A stretch of 64,000 nt of DNA from Chrysochromulina tobinii (Eukaryota). Position 1 is the first letter of the stretch. Each line of letters begins with the position of its first letter. The notes beneath the pieces were generated by a model. The model was not told the origin of the DNA. It saw only the letters and a list, made by a program, of their open reading frames with translations, and made no database searches. The DNA lies in assembly GCA_001275005.1 (NCBI GenBank), contig JWZX01003401.1:1-64000 (forward strand), given 5' to 3'. This document shows, one piece after another, positions 1 to 11,239 of this stretch. The position numbers and the translations under genes are program-made.

Positions 1-755
1 TGGCGGCGCTCCCAAGAGCAACCCCACGAAGCTCAGCGCAGCAGTCAGGGCCAACACACGTTCGCGTGTCCGGCGACTTTTCAGCGAAACCGCGGCTTTC
101 TAAATATTCAATCCCTTAACGAGCTCACGTACGAGAACTTGCATCATGGCGTGAACCGTGATATCCCGTCCTTGTGACACGACAGGGCACTAGCCACAGG
201 GGCGCGTGGCGAGGCTGACCCTGACCCGACACCCGAGTACCTCGCCCGTCCACGCGTCAGAACGGACGTGTCGGAAGAGCGCGCGGTACAACAGAAGGCG
301 AAGCAACAAAAGTCATGTTCAAAAGTGACTCGTGTGCGATCGCCCGGGTCGCGTCCATGCTCGTGTCATGGCTCGCGTCCGGTCCCCCGTGAGCAGCGAC
401 CGTGGATCGCCGTGGTGTTCTGGTGTACGAACAAGCTAGCTAGCTTCAACCTAGCTAGCTAGATCGCGGGCGGTCGATTCGGACGCGGAATATAGGGAAA
501 CAGGGGTAAAGGGTATAGGGAAAACGTGTAGTTGCTTTAGGATTTAGCTATGAGCGTATGTCTCGACGTGCTGCGGAGTGCGGGATCGCCGCCGCCTCCG
601 ACGTGACTGTCCGCTGTCCCGGGCCTCTCGCTCGACTCCCGCGTCCCGGCGCCAGAACGGGTTCCCGTGCCATGCTGCGGCGGCAGATCGAGCATGTTTG
701 GCGCGATGCGGCGCCATCAGCACAGCATCGCCAAGATGGTGTACACTGCTCATCA

Positions 756-1886
756 TCATGGCTGTGCTCCAGGGGTAGCTTCATCGGAAGCCGCATCGGC
801 TATTGGCAGGGCCGCTGGCACGGCGACGCGCTCGACGACGCTGCCACGGACCATCTCCGCGTTCTCTGCAATCTCCGCGATCGTGGCGGTGGCAGCGGCC
901 TCGAGAGTCGCATCGTCTTGCCGTGCAAGCTCGTCCTCCTCCGTAGGCAGCGCAAACCGGCACACGGGGCATGTGCTGCGCGTACCGAGCCACTGCTGCA
1001 GGCACGGGCGGTGGAAGGCATGCGAGACGGCAGGAGCGCTCGCATCTCGAGAGAGCTCGCGCGTGCAGGGCATCTCGAGCGCCTCGCTCAGATCCGTAAT
1101 CGGCTCGAGGCAGATTGGGCAGCTGGCCGGTGTCTGGTCGAGGCCGAAGGCTGGGCATGCGGGCGGCGATAGGGATGCAAGCGCCTTGGGGGATGCGGGA
1201 GAGAGCGGCGGACTCATGGCCATCTGCATGTCAAAAAGAACGAACGGCTCGGGCATCGAGCGCAACTCGATCGTCTGCAGCCGGCGCGCAGGAGACGAAA
1301 GAGCGCCTCCGGCGGCCGCGGGCTGATGCGGGTCGTTGAGCAAGGTCAAGAGCGAGACGACAGAGGATCGCACATCGGGCTGCTCGAGTATCGAGCCCTC
1401 CGCGGGCCCGACGCGACCATGTTCGGTGGCGTCCAGCCGCGCGCGCAGCACGTCGTCCTGAAGCACGTTGGCGGCCCGTGCGAAGCGACTATTGGCACCA
1501 AGGTGCTGCGATAGCCGGCCTAGGATGCCGAGCAAGCGATTGCCCGCGTCGCTGGAGATGAGTGAGAGTGGCTCCTCCTCATCCGGCTCCTCCGTGTCGT
1601 CTTCGGTGCCGTTCTGCTCGTTCTCGTCGTACTCCTGCGCGAGCGCGAGGGTGGCCGGCGCTGGTTCGTCGAAGTGCACAGGCGACATGTTGGAGTCATG
1701 CACCGGCTCCTCGTGCATCGGCTCGTCATCCGGCACGCCGATTTCGATTGGAGAGGCAGGCACGCCGACCTCGCTTGGAGAGGCAGGCGGAACATGCCAA
1801 TAGTTGAAGCTATTAAAGCGCTCCTCGGCGTCGCATGCCGGCTCATCTCTTCCTACCAACATCCGAGGCAACATCTGCCGGCTCAT
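756..1886 (-). CDS. RING-H2 finger protein (putative E3 ubiquitin ligase)
   Basis: CPICLE...C...HAFHRPCLQQWL...CPVCR is a RING-H2 pattern with an insertion. N-terminal FNSFNYWHVPP motif and an acidic linker. First ATG at 1886; the ORF track starts at a non-ATG codon. Confidence 0.85.
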   Translation of the reverse strand: MSRQMLPRMLVGRDEPACDAEERFNSFNYWHVPPASPSEVGVPASPIEIGVPDDEPMHEEPVHDSNMSPVHFDEPAPATLALAQEYDENEQNGTEDDTEEPDEEEPLSLISSDAGNRLLGILGRLSQHLGANSRFARAANVLQDDVLRARLDATEHGRVGPAEGSILEQPDVRSSVVSLLTLLNDPHQPAAAGGALSSPARRLQTIELRSMPEPFVLFDMQMAMSPPLSPASPKALASLSPPACPAFGLDQTPASCPICLEPITDLSEALEMPCTRELSRDASAPAVSHAFHRPCLQQWLGTRSTCPVCRFALPTEEDELARQDDATLEAAATATIAEIAENAEMVRGSVVERVAVPAALPIADAASDEATPGAQP

Positions 1887-2313
1887 CTTCCTACCAACAT
1901 CCGTCCTGGTGCCGTCGCCGAAAATGCTTTTTTGTTCAACACAACGCGCCGCGCGCGCGCGCGCGCATCGACCCCAAGTCAAGTCAAGTCAAGTCAAGTC
2001 GCGCATCGACCCCAAGCACGGGGGCCGCTATCGCGATGGACGGAGGCATGGCCGACACAGCCTGCTATACACAAAGTTCGCAGCGGCAGGCCGGCAGCTG
2101 CCGCGGCAGCGCAGCACGAAAATGCTTCGCTGTTCAGTACAACCACAACGCCCTTCGTTCGAAGTCGGCTTTTGAAGTCACGCCATCGGTCACCACTACA
2201 AATCCCTCAAATGAGTATTCATCGCAACGCGACGGACGGAAACTTGCAACGAAGTTTTGATTGAGTTGGGCCCGACAACTTTGCACCACTCCGCATCCAC
2301 CCGTACTGACTCA

Positions 2314-3935
2314 ATGCAGAACGTTGCAAGCCGTATGTCAGTGCGCGGCGCTTTCCGACCCAACGCTTCGCTGTACAGAAGTCGCAAACTGAGCTTCGAG
2401 CCGCCACAGAACAAAATGCAAGCCTTCCAGCTCGACAAGTGCCTAGAAAAGAAGAATCTTGACAAAGTCATTTACCAGCTGCAGTCCAGCGCGGACACAG
2501 CCGCCAAGAACAGACCAATCGTGACCAATGGCAGAGATAGCAGCGCCGGCAAGTCCTACATGTTCAACGTCGACGGATTTGCTGAGTTCCTCTCCACGCA
2601 GAAAGCTCTGGGCGTGCTGCTCTTCTGGAAGGACGCCGAGGACTACCGGATGATCTTTTGGCAACGAGGAACTCAGGGGAGCCGCGAAAAAGATCCACCA
2701 GCGCTACCTCAAGCAAGGTGCCGAATACGAAGTGTCGACCATACAGGCGGCCATGCGCACCAAGATCGAGGGCCGGCTCTCGAATCCGCCCGTCGACATT
2801 TTCGAGGAGCTGCAGATGGAGATGTACCAGGTGAGCGTCCCTCATGCGAGTTGACGTGCGTGTGGGCGGATATCCATGAATGCCTGTAAGAGTCTTCTAC
2901 TGATACGTGTCCGGCGCTACCATGTGACTCTATCCGGTCCCTCCTGATAACCAGGTAATGCTGCTCGAGCTCTTTCCGCGCTTCTGCGAGGCGTGTGCCA
3001 ACCGAGGCGAGGCGGATGGCACGGGCACTTCCACTTGCAACCTCAAAGCAGACACGACACTCAAAGAATTGTTCGAAGCGCAGGACATTGAGGTGTACCG
3101 CTTCTGCGAGTACTGCCGCACCATCATGTGCGATGACCTGGTAGTTTTCCTTCTCGAGGTGGGCGACTACCGGCTGCTCTTCTCGCCCGCGGACCTCCTC
3201 CATCAGGCGAAGAAGATCTCGACAAGATACCTCGCGGCCCAATCGGAGACGCGCATCGTCGTCCGCTCGGAGGAGAGGACGAGGCTCATCCATGCGCTCG
3301 AGACGCCTAATCCGATGGAGGCGCTGCCGCTCGACCTGTTCGACAAGCTGTACGACGAGGTGTTCATCATGCTCAACCTGGAGACGTGGCCCACGTACAA
3401 AGAGGCTGTACTCTCAGGGAAGCGATTGCATTCAAATTCAGCTGATAGGCTCCCATGTACTTCATCCGAAGACCTGGACAGCTTCTGGGCCTCTGGGACA
3501 GCTTCTCGCAAGGCGGTGGCGGAGGTACTCCGTTCGCCCGATAAGCTCGAGTGCATGCGCACCGCGGCGGCCAAGCAGGGCGTCAAGGAGAATGTTGACT
3601 TCTGCGTGGCGTGCCAGCAGTACAGCCTCCTCTTCTCAGCAGACGATCGGAAGCCAAAGGCCGAGATGATCTGGAACACGCACCTAGCGCCCGGCTGCGA
3701 CGCGCCCGTCAACCTGGCCGACCACATGATTAAGTTCATGAAGCCCAAGATCGACGAAGGCGAGACCGATGCCTTCGAGGTAGGCTACCAAGAGATGCTT
3801 TTGGTCCTATGCAACAACACCTTTAAGCAATACCTCAAGGAGCTTGCGAAGGTCAGGGATGCTGCAAATAGGCTGAAGCCCGCGCCAGAGGCACCCGCCA
3901 AGTCGGGTGGGTGTTGTCGCTGCCTGGTTCAGTGA
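2314..3935 (+). CDS. Triple-RGS-domain protein with C-terminal CaaX; intron 2831-2954; apparent 1-nt frameshift at 2656-2659
   Basis: Three RGS-like blocks: FAEFL..LLFWKDAEDYR..AKKIHQRYL..FPRF; FCEYC..VFLLEVGDYR..AKKISTRYL..WPTY; ENVDFCVACQQY..AEMIWNTHL..PVNL. The GT-AG intron joins MEMYQ|VMLLELFPRF in frame. Removing one T from TTTT restores the first domain. Ends GGCCRCLVQ*. Confidence 0.8.
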
Positions 3936-4906
3936 GCGGCCGATACTTGCGATTGGATGAAAAGCCTAGTTCTACGTACCTTTCGTGCTTGGGGGAGCTT
4001 GACACTCAGGTTACGGTCAGGCTACTCTGGACAGGACTCGGGCAGGACTCGGGAGAAACGCGAGCCTGAGCGCGCAACAGTACGTAACATGATGTGTGGG
4101 ATCCTGGTCATGAACGTTCATGGGCGGGGCCACATTCCAACCGAGCCAGAGACATGGCCAGAGAGTCGACCCAGCCACGAGAACCCGCACGCCGCAGGAG
4201 CAACACAGTGTCGCATGGCACAGCGCGATTTGCGAGAGCAGAACCAGTGCTCGCTTCTGCCGCCCCATTTGAACATTCTTGCTGACCATCGCTCAGCTTT
4301 CATTGAAATTGTATGACAAGCGTAACCAGCGACGCAGCGAGCCGAGGCGCAAGAGCATTTCGGTATTGAACAATTTGCATTACTCTCTGATCCAATTCAA
4401 AAAAACCTACCGTGCACAAATCCCCGACCGTCGCGTCGACATGCATATGGGTACCGTACCACCAGCACTACTTTCGCCGAGAGACTCCCGTCCTTGAGGG
4501 CGCTCGAGCCCTCTCTCTTGTCGCCGAGATGCCGACAAGCTCGCCGATGTTAAGGCCGATGTCGACGGTCGCGACGAGCCGAAAAACCCCGGCTGTCACT
4601 GGACACCGGACACTGGGGAGTGGAGTTACTGCTTACTACACAGAGCATACTAGTCACTTTGTGCCTTAGGCCCTTTCGTACGACAGGGTTTCGGATCTAT
4701 ATGATATCCTTACTCGCGGTACCGTTAGTCTTCACCAACACCATGTACTCCTGCGTACCCATAGACGAGAATACTTCACCCACTTTGCGGCCGATAGAAT
4801 ACTTCACAAACGTCCACCACCGCTCTCCGCAGTCCGCACAGAATATGCATACTTGTACTTAAATTGTACTCGGTGATTGTTAGGCGTTTCAGCTGTACGT
4901 AAAGAC

Positions 4907-5090
4907 CTCGACTGAGGTTTGTTGTTTGTACGGTAAGCCCAAAGCCGTTTCTTGTATATCTTCCTTCTTCGACTGCGAGTGTCAGTGTGATTTGTGCCCC
5001 CTAGTCTTTCTCGACTGAGGTGTTTGTACGGTAAGCCCAAAGCCGTTTCCATATCTTCGACTGCGATTGTGCCCTAATTGTGCCCCCTGG
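4907..5090. repeat. Imperfect tandem duplication (~100 nt unit) downstream of the SLOG-SLATT gene
   Basis: ctcgactgaggt...tgtttgtacggtaagcccaaagccgtttc...atatcttc..gactgcga...ttgtgccccct occurs from ~4907 and again from ~5010. Confidence 0.8.
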
Positions 5091-5093
5091 TCT

Positions 5094-8000
5094 CTAACCT
5101 TCTTCTTCGTCGGCACTCTTCTGGTTCGGCAGCGCTGGCGACAAGGCGGTGCGCGACGAGCAAATGGCAAGCACGGCGTCCTCGCAGCACTTGCAGATCT
5201 CCAACTTGACGGAGCGCGTCTTGCGCTGCACGAGCGAGAGTGACTCGTAGTAGTTGATCATCGCGTGGTTCTCTTGCAGCGCGCGGTTATTGGCCTCGAG
5301 CTGCGACGGGATGTAAAAATAGTCCTGAAGCGCCAGCAGCACCGAGGCGACGGCCACAGTTGCCGGAATCCAATTGCCCAACGCAATGACCCCGAGCACA
5401 GCGCCAGCAGTATTGGCGAGGAGCGATCCAACTTCAAAGATTTGTTGACGGCGGGAGATGATGGGAGCTCGACGCTCGAAAAGGGTGGCGAGGGGACGCA
5501 GGCGACATTCGACGTACGTTTCAATATCCAACTGGGTGAGTTAGGTGGAGGGGAGGGGAGGAGAGGGGAGGGGAGGAGATGGGAGGGGAGGGGAGGGGAG
5601 GGGGGTGAGGAGAGGAGGGAGGGGAGAGACATAAGGAAGGAGTTGGAGAGGTGCGGTTATGGGGTGGGGGAAGAGGAGATAGGATGTTAGTGGGGGATCT
5701 CGCACCTGAGAAGTGTAATCGTCGCGAAGCCCGAGGCCAGTGTCCTGACTCGGTTCAGACTTGCCAGCAGCAATTTCCGTGCCACCCATGGAATTCGCCG
5801 CGGCCGCCACGAGCTCGGTCGTAGAGACCTTACCATCGCCGTCCATGTCAATTGGGTGCACCTTCTTCTTCTTCTTCTTCGGCTTTGGCGGCGGCGGCTT
5901 GAGATAGAGCTTTTGCTCGACGTGGGCTCTCAATTGTATCTGAAAGTTCGTCTTAGCCGCCTCACTGGCGTGCGGCTGCATGCGCGACACGTTGTTCATC
6001 ATGAGCGCCGATCCCTTGGACACCTCAGTCGCGACCGCGTTCTTATAAATATCGCCCACCTGCGGGGAGGCAATCATGTGCTCATCAGTGCTCATCAGCA
6101 CTCATCAACGTGACGAACCACGTAGGATTGTGAGGAGGCAATCATGTACTCCTCATCAGTGCTCACAGTAGCGACGAACGCGAGGCGAGCATCCATGTTC
6201 CGCTGCTTGGGTGTTCTCGCCTCTTGGCCCTCCTCCAACACCTGAGGCGCCATCACGTCGTACACATCCGTGCGCAGTCGGTACTTATAGATCTGGTCGA
6301 CGACCTGATGCGCGGCCATCAGGCACGAGGCCCACTTTTCGCGAGGGCGCATCCGAGTGCGCAGCGTGCCGACGCCCGCCGAGAGGACGGGCAGCATCAC
6401 AACCGAGAGCCCCCACCAGGTCATACCGGCGATGACCTCGTTGGAGGCAGCTATAGGCGTTGCTTCTGAAGGCGGTGCTGGACCGCCTTCAATCTCGCCC
6501 TCGGATTCGGGTATGGGCGGGTCAGCGACACACGTAAACACCTCGCCACCAGGGCACATGAGCGACTGCAGCCGACGGAGAACTCTTCCTGAGGCTTCAG
6601 CAGCCACCTCGCCCTCTTGGCCCTCTTCGCCCTCTTCGCCGCCACCAAGTGCGGCCAGTGCCATCTCGCCAGTCTCCGCCGTGTACAAGATGGCCGCGAG
6701 GGTGGTGATGATGGCGAGGCTATAGAGGAGGAGCTGCAGACGGTCGGCAATGCGCTCAAACTTGTCGGCGTTGGCCCAGAGGGTCATATGGCGCTTCCAT
6801 GCAGTGAGCACGCAAAGCATCTCAGCCTCTCCCAAACCGAGCTCGGGGATGCCGCCACCGCCCGAGAAGCACGTCACCAGCACTGAGAGCACCTGCTCCG
6901 AGTTGTCCTCCATGAGGTCGACCGACACGATGGTGTTCTTGAGCAGCATCGGTGCGCGTTGGTTCAACTCTTTGAGCATGTGGATCTCGGGTAAGCCAAA
7001 CTGCCGCGTCCACTCAGCGGGTGAGGTCAGCTCACATAACTGTAGCAACTGAGCGGCGGGGGGCGGCGGCAGCGTCGACAGCATCCCCCGCCGCAGCGAG
7101 GTGAACCCATGTGTGACGCCGCCCGTCTTGTCGAGCATCACGATCGACTTGCCCGTTTGGATGAGTTTCTTGAGGCGCGGGAGAAAATCGCCACCCCCGT
7201 TGGCAGCGAGGTAACCAAAAGGGCCGAGCGCCGACAGGTCGGGTGCGTCGATCTCCGAGTCGAGCAGAATGTAGTGCGTTCCCGCGCCAAAGAAGGTCTT
7301 CTTATAATGGTAGCTCCACTTCTCTCGAGGTGGAATCTTGCCGTCGGGCCCGAGCATCGAGTCGTCAATTGATAACGGCAATTTCATGTCGAAGTATAAA
7401 TTCGGGTCCATGAAATCGTCTTCTTCGTAGAATTGTTCGATCAGCAATGCTTCGGGGGCATCGTCCACCCCGAGGGGAACGGCGCCCTGCTTGACCAGCT
7501 GGCACTTGTCGATGCAGCTCTGGGTAATCTCGCCTAGTCCTTCCCCATCCTGCCCCGTGAACTTCTTGAGCCGATCAAAGGAATCGATGACCACAATCGG
7601 TGGACGCGAGTCCGTCAGCTTCATCGCCGCCTCGATTAGAAGCTCCGCCGCCGGCGAGCAGCTCGAAATGCGATCGACGACCAGCCAGTTGGGCGTCTTG
7701 CTGCTGATCGCAGAAGCGTCGAGCACAGACGCGAATACGGTCACCAGTTTGGTAAACATGACCTCATTGATGATCTTCAGTGCAAACGCGTCACGCTCGC
7801 CCTCGTTCTGGACGCCTGCCCTTTCCGACTGCGCCCTGGCGTCTGTCCAGAATTCGTTGAAGGAAGGAAGTGCCACGAGCTGCGGCAGCGCGAGAGTCGA
7901 CAGCCAAGCGATCATACACAGAAAGAGAGCACCAACGCCTTGGGCGTGAGAGGCAGGGTAAGGGCAAGCAAGGCGTGTGTGCACTGCCGCGTACTCCCAT

Positions 8001-8960
8001 GACGGCAAAGGCTTTTGGATGGACATTGCCTGCGTCGGAGGCGATGAGCACGTTGGGCGGCTTCAACCGAGGGCACGTCGAGGCGATACCATCGGAGGCG
8101 ACGTCCCACTGCTCCCTAAGCGTCTGCAACTTGGCCGCATCAAGGCGCTTGTTCTCCGGCACGAAGCACACTTTGCATAACCTGCTCTGCTCCTTAAAGA
8201 TCATCTCTCCGCACACAGGCCCTTCTCGCCCGCCATCCTCGCCCTTCTCCTCCTCGATAACCTCGCCCGTCACCAACGCGCCGGTACTGAAGGCCGGATC
8301 TTCGACCGCGGGCGACAGCGGTGGGAGCTCCTCGTTCGTGTACAGGGGCATATACGGCTCGGGTGCAACGGCGGGCGGCTCGGGCTCAGGCGCGGCGGAG
8401 AGATAGCTGCCGACATGGCTTCTCGATCTCGCCACGTGCATTGGTGGCGAGGGTGCTGTATCCTCTGACGATGCGACGTTTACCCGCGGCTGCTCTGGCA
8501 TCCAGCTCGAACGTGCGGACTTCGAGACCATGACGCGCGGGGCTTCTGCCGCCTCCTCTACAACAATCTGCTCGGTCATCGTTGTCGGCGGCGAGCTGGA
8601 ATCGAGCAGCGCGATGACTGCAGCATGGCGCTCCCACCGCGCGAGGTCGAGCGCCGTCTTGCCGTCGTTGTCCTTCATTGCCTTGTTGGAGCCCGAGGCG
8701 AGCAGCCGCCTCACGATGTTCGGACGGTTGCCGCCTGCGGCGTAGTGGAGTGCCGTCCACTGCGTGAGGTCTGTAGCGTCCACTTGCACGCCGGCGGCAA
8801 GCAGCGTCTCGACGCAGGGCAAGTGCCCGTTGCCCGCGGCGATCATGAGTGGCGTCCATCCGCTCGCAGGACGCTTCCAGTTGATGTCGCCGCCACTGGC
8901 GATCAGTGCCTGCAGAGCGTCGTTATTGCCAGCCATAGCGGCATCGTACACATCCGACAT
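5094..8960 (-). CDS. Ankyrin repeats + SLOG (LSDAT/TRPM-type) + SLATT 2TM + EF-hand + SLATT/DUF4231-like 2TM protein, 1156 aa, 4 exons
   Basis: Exons 8960-7995, 7879-6167, 6059-5706 and 5531-5094 join in frame via GT-AG introns. ANK: GWTPLMIAA, WTALHYAA, GKTALDLA. SLOG-like: PNVLIASDAG, GTHYILLD, AANGG, IVMLDKTGG. SLATT-like: AWKRH..ANADK..TM..TM..EKWASCLMAAHQVVDQIYKYR. EF loop DMDGDGKVSTTE. Second 2TM unit: YVECRL..TM..TM..QLEANNRA. Confidence 0.75.
5545..5625. repeat. (GGGGA/GGAGA)n microsatellite in intron 3 of the SLOG-SLATT gene
   Basis: Purine pentamer run on the + strand, giving a pyrimidine tract on the sense strand upstream of the acceptor at 5532. Confidence 0.85.
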
Positions 8961-9281
8961 CAGAGCCTACGCGCCCGCTCTTGCCGGTGTGGTGAGATCG
9001 TCCTTGAACTGACCGCCTACAGGCAGAGCAGTGCCCTATTAGGGAACCCCCCCCCTCCAAAACGGCTTTTCCGTAAATAGTCAAGTCAAGGCACGTCAAG
9101 TCAAGTCAAGTCAAGTCAATTGGGTGTGGAGAAAAGCTCGAGCGTGGTGACGAAAAGCGGCAGCGTTTTTTGTTTGATCGCCCGCCTGCGCTCCGAAGAT
9201 GGGCGCGCCCCTCAAGTAGGAGAGCCGCTAGTATGTTGGGCCTCCCTACTATATTGCTATATTGGGCCTCCATCGCATGCA

Positions 9282-10808
9282 TCAGGGCTCTGCCTCGCAC
9301 GTGCTCGCCTCGGCAGGGTGCGCCCACTGCTCGAACACGGCAATTAACGTGAGGATGGAGACAGCGCACCCGAGGAAGAGGACGCAGGTTGGCCACGCAC
9401 GCTGAGTTAGCCACATGTAGAGGCTCCGCGGCCAGCGGTCAGCTGGGGCGGGTCTTCTGGCTCCACCGAGATCTTCCGGCAAGCACCAGAAAGAATAGAT
9501 CGGGAAGACGTAGCCGATCGCGCAGACGCCCGTCGCGCCTGTCAGAGCAAAGATCTGTGCGCTCGCGTCCGGCAGCACGGCGGCGACACCGAAGGATGAG
9601 CCCACGAGCGCCGCGGTGAACGCGGCGTTCTGCAACGGTGGTAGCACGGCGGACCGTGACGACGGCAGCATAGCATCCTCGTGCGAGCGCGACGGGTTCA
9701 GCGCCCGGCTGACCGTCGGTTTCGTCAGCGAGGAGTCCATCGGTTTCGTCAGCGATGAGTCCATCGGTTTCGTCAGCGAGGAGTCCATCGGTTTCGTCAG
9801 CGAGGAGTCCATGGGGCTCTCGTGATACAGCCTCACGAGCGTCTCACGTAGCGGCACGACATTCGGCGCGAAGCACAGCATCAGGTACAAGCAGAAGGCA
9901 CCCGCAAGCGTGCCTCCCACACGCCCGTGGAAGCCCTGCAGTACGTCCTGTGGCACATGCCCCTCGCCAAAGAGGAAGAGCCCGCCCAGCCCGACACTCA
10001 GGTAAGCCATCCCGGTGATGACGAAGGTGACGTGGAGCGCGGCCACGAGCGTTGCCGCGCCCTGCTCGCCCGGAGGCAGCGCGCGCAGCAGCGGCAAGGG
10101 ATATGGCTGCACGTACCAGGCGAAGCCGAAGATGGAAGCTGCCTCAGTCAGCTTCATGCTACCCTGCGGCAAACTCAAGAGTAGAGTATCGGCGTCCGCG
10201 TCCGTATCGCGCATGACGGCCGAGAAAACCAAGTACGCCGAGATGGCGACCATCAGCGCAACGCCGAGCAGCGAGACGAACATCATCTCGCCGAGCGAGG
10301 CCAGAGAGAGCGGGACTACAACGAAGACTGTGAGGATCACGAGGAGTGTGGTGCGCCCGAGAGGGTCTGAGGAGAGCCATTGCGGCACCCCGTAGCCTGT
10401 CTCGGTCGCCAGTTCTCCCATCGCCCGTGCACCCGTCTCTTGGATGGCGGCAAGGCTACCGCACATGGTGCCAAACAGCAGCACTATCAGTGCCACGCGA
10501 CACCATTGCAAGGCCTGCCTGCCGCCCGCGGCGAGCACGACTTCCTCGTAGCCGCTCACTCCGAGCCGCGAGGCGGCACGCACCATGAGCACGCTCGTGT
10601 AATTATTCGCGATTCCGATGACCAGAATCACGACTGTGCCGATCGAAACGCCCGAAAGTGAGAATGCGCATGCTAGCGGCGAAAGCCCGGAACCTGCGAT
10701 CGAAAGGAGCAGAGGTGCGGCGGTGGCAGCGACCGAACTGAATTGGAGACGAAAGCGTTGCGAAGGCAGCAATGAGGCCTTCAATCCGACGCCCGAGTTG
10801 TAGTCCAT
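9282..10808 (-). CDS. Amino-acid transporter (AAAP/SLC38-like)
   Basis: About 11 hydrophobic segments. SIAGSGLSPLACAF N-terminal signature, GYEEVV, LSLASL and GATGVCAIGYVFP resemble Aa_trans members. Confidence 0.8.
   Translation of the reverse strand: MDYNSGVGLKASLLPSQRFRLQFSSVAATAAPLLLSIAGSGLSPLACAFSLSGVSIGTVVILVIGIANNYTSVLMVRAASRLGVSGYEEVVLAAGGRQALQWCRVALIVLLFGTMCGSLAAIQETGARAMGELATETGYGVPQWLSSDPLGRTTLLVILTVFVVVPLSLASLGEMMFVSLLGVALMVAISAYLVFSAVMRDTDADADTLLLSLPQGSMKLTEAASIFGFAWYVQPYPLPLLRALPPGEQGAATLVAALHVTFVITGMAYLSVGLGGLFLFGEGHVPQDVLQGFHGRVGGTLAGAFCLYLMLCFAPNVVPLRETLVRLYHESPMDSSLTKPMDSSLTKPMDSSLTKPMDSSLTKPTVSRALNPSRSHEDAMLPSSRSAVLPPLQNAAFTAALVGSSFGVAAVLPDASAQIFALTGATGVCAIGYVFPIYSFWCLPEDLGGARRPAPADRWPRSLYMWLTQRAWPTCVLFLGCAVSILTLIAVFEQWAHPAEASTCEAEP
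9717..9812. repeat. 24-nt coding minisatellite x4 (MDSSLTKP)
   Basis: cggtttcgtcagcgaggagtccat repeated four times with one mismatch. Confidence 0.95.
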
Positions 10809-11239
10809 TCAGGGTTGCCGCCCTGGTCGCAGCGGCGGCGCTCTTTACAGAGTTCTCGTCCATATGTGGATAGCCTTCACGCGTCAAAAAAAGGTCTCAA
10901 AAGTGAAAAATCGCCGAAGTTTGTTTTTCATTTGAGTCTTAGAATAGGGAGTACATGTTTCCGGCAGAAGAATTCGGATGAGAGCTCCTGACATCACAAG
11001 CTCTGGTTCGCCACGAGCCCACGACAGGCAGGCCACGGGCGAGCTTGATGCAGCCGCGCCGCAATGGTGCAGACCGCCCCATCGCCAATTTTGACGTAGC
11101 CTAGCTTTCTTAATCAACGAGCGCCACTGAATGGCTGGACTTGACTTGAAGTAATTGAACTGAACTGAACTGAACTGAACTGACTTTAATCGTTGTGAAT
11201 ACAGAAAGTGATGAAAATTTGGAACGGGAGAGATAGGAG

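Noticed and set aside
491..525. Four G-tracts (G-quadruplex or telomere-like)
   Set aside because: Short and irregular, not a telomeric repeat array; no functional evidence.
2650..2665. Programmed ribosomal frameshifting or pseudogenisation
   Set aside because: No shared slippery motif across the five sites, mixed directions, and no other decay in the genes. Homopolymer error is simpler.
2831..2954. RGS intron as a member of the exon-duplication family
   Set aside because: Only accaggt (7 nt) is shared across the junctions, which splice consensus can explain, and there is no decamer filler.
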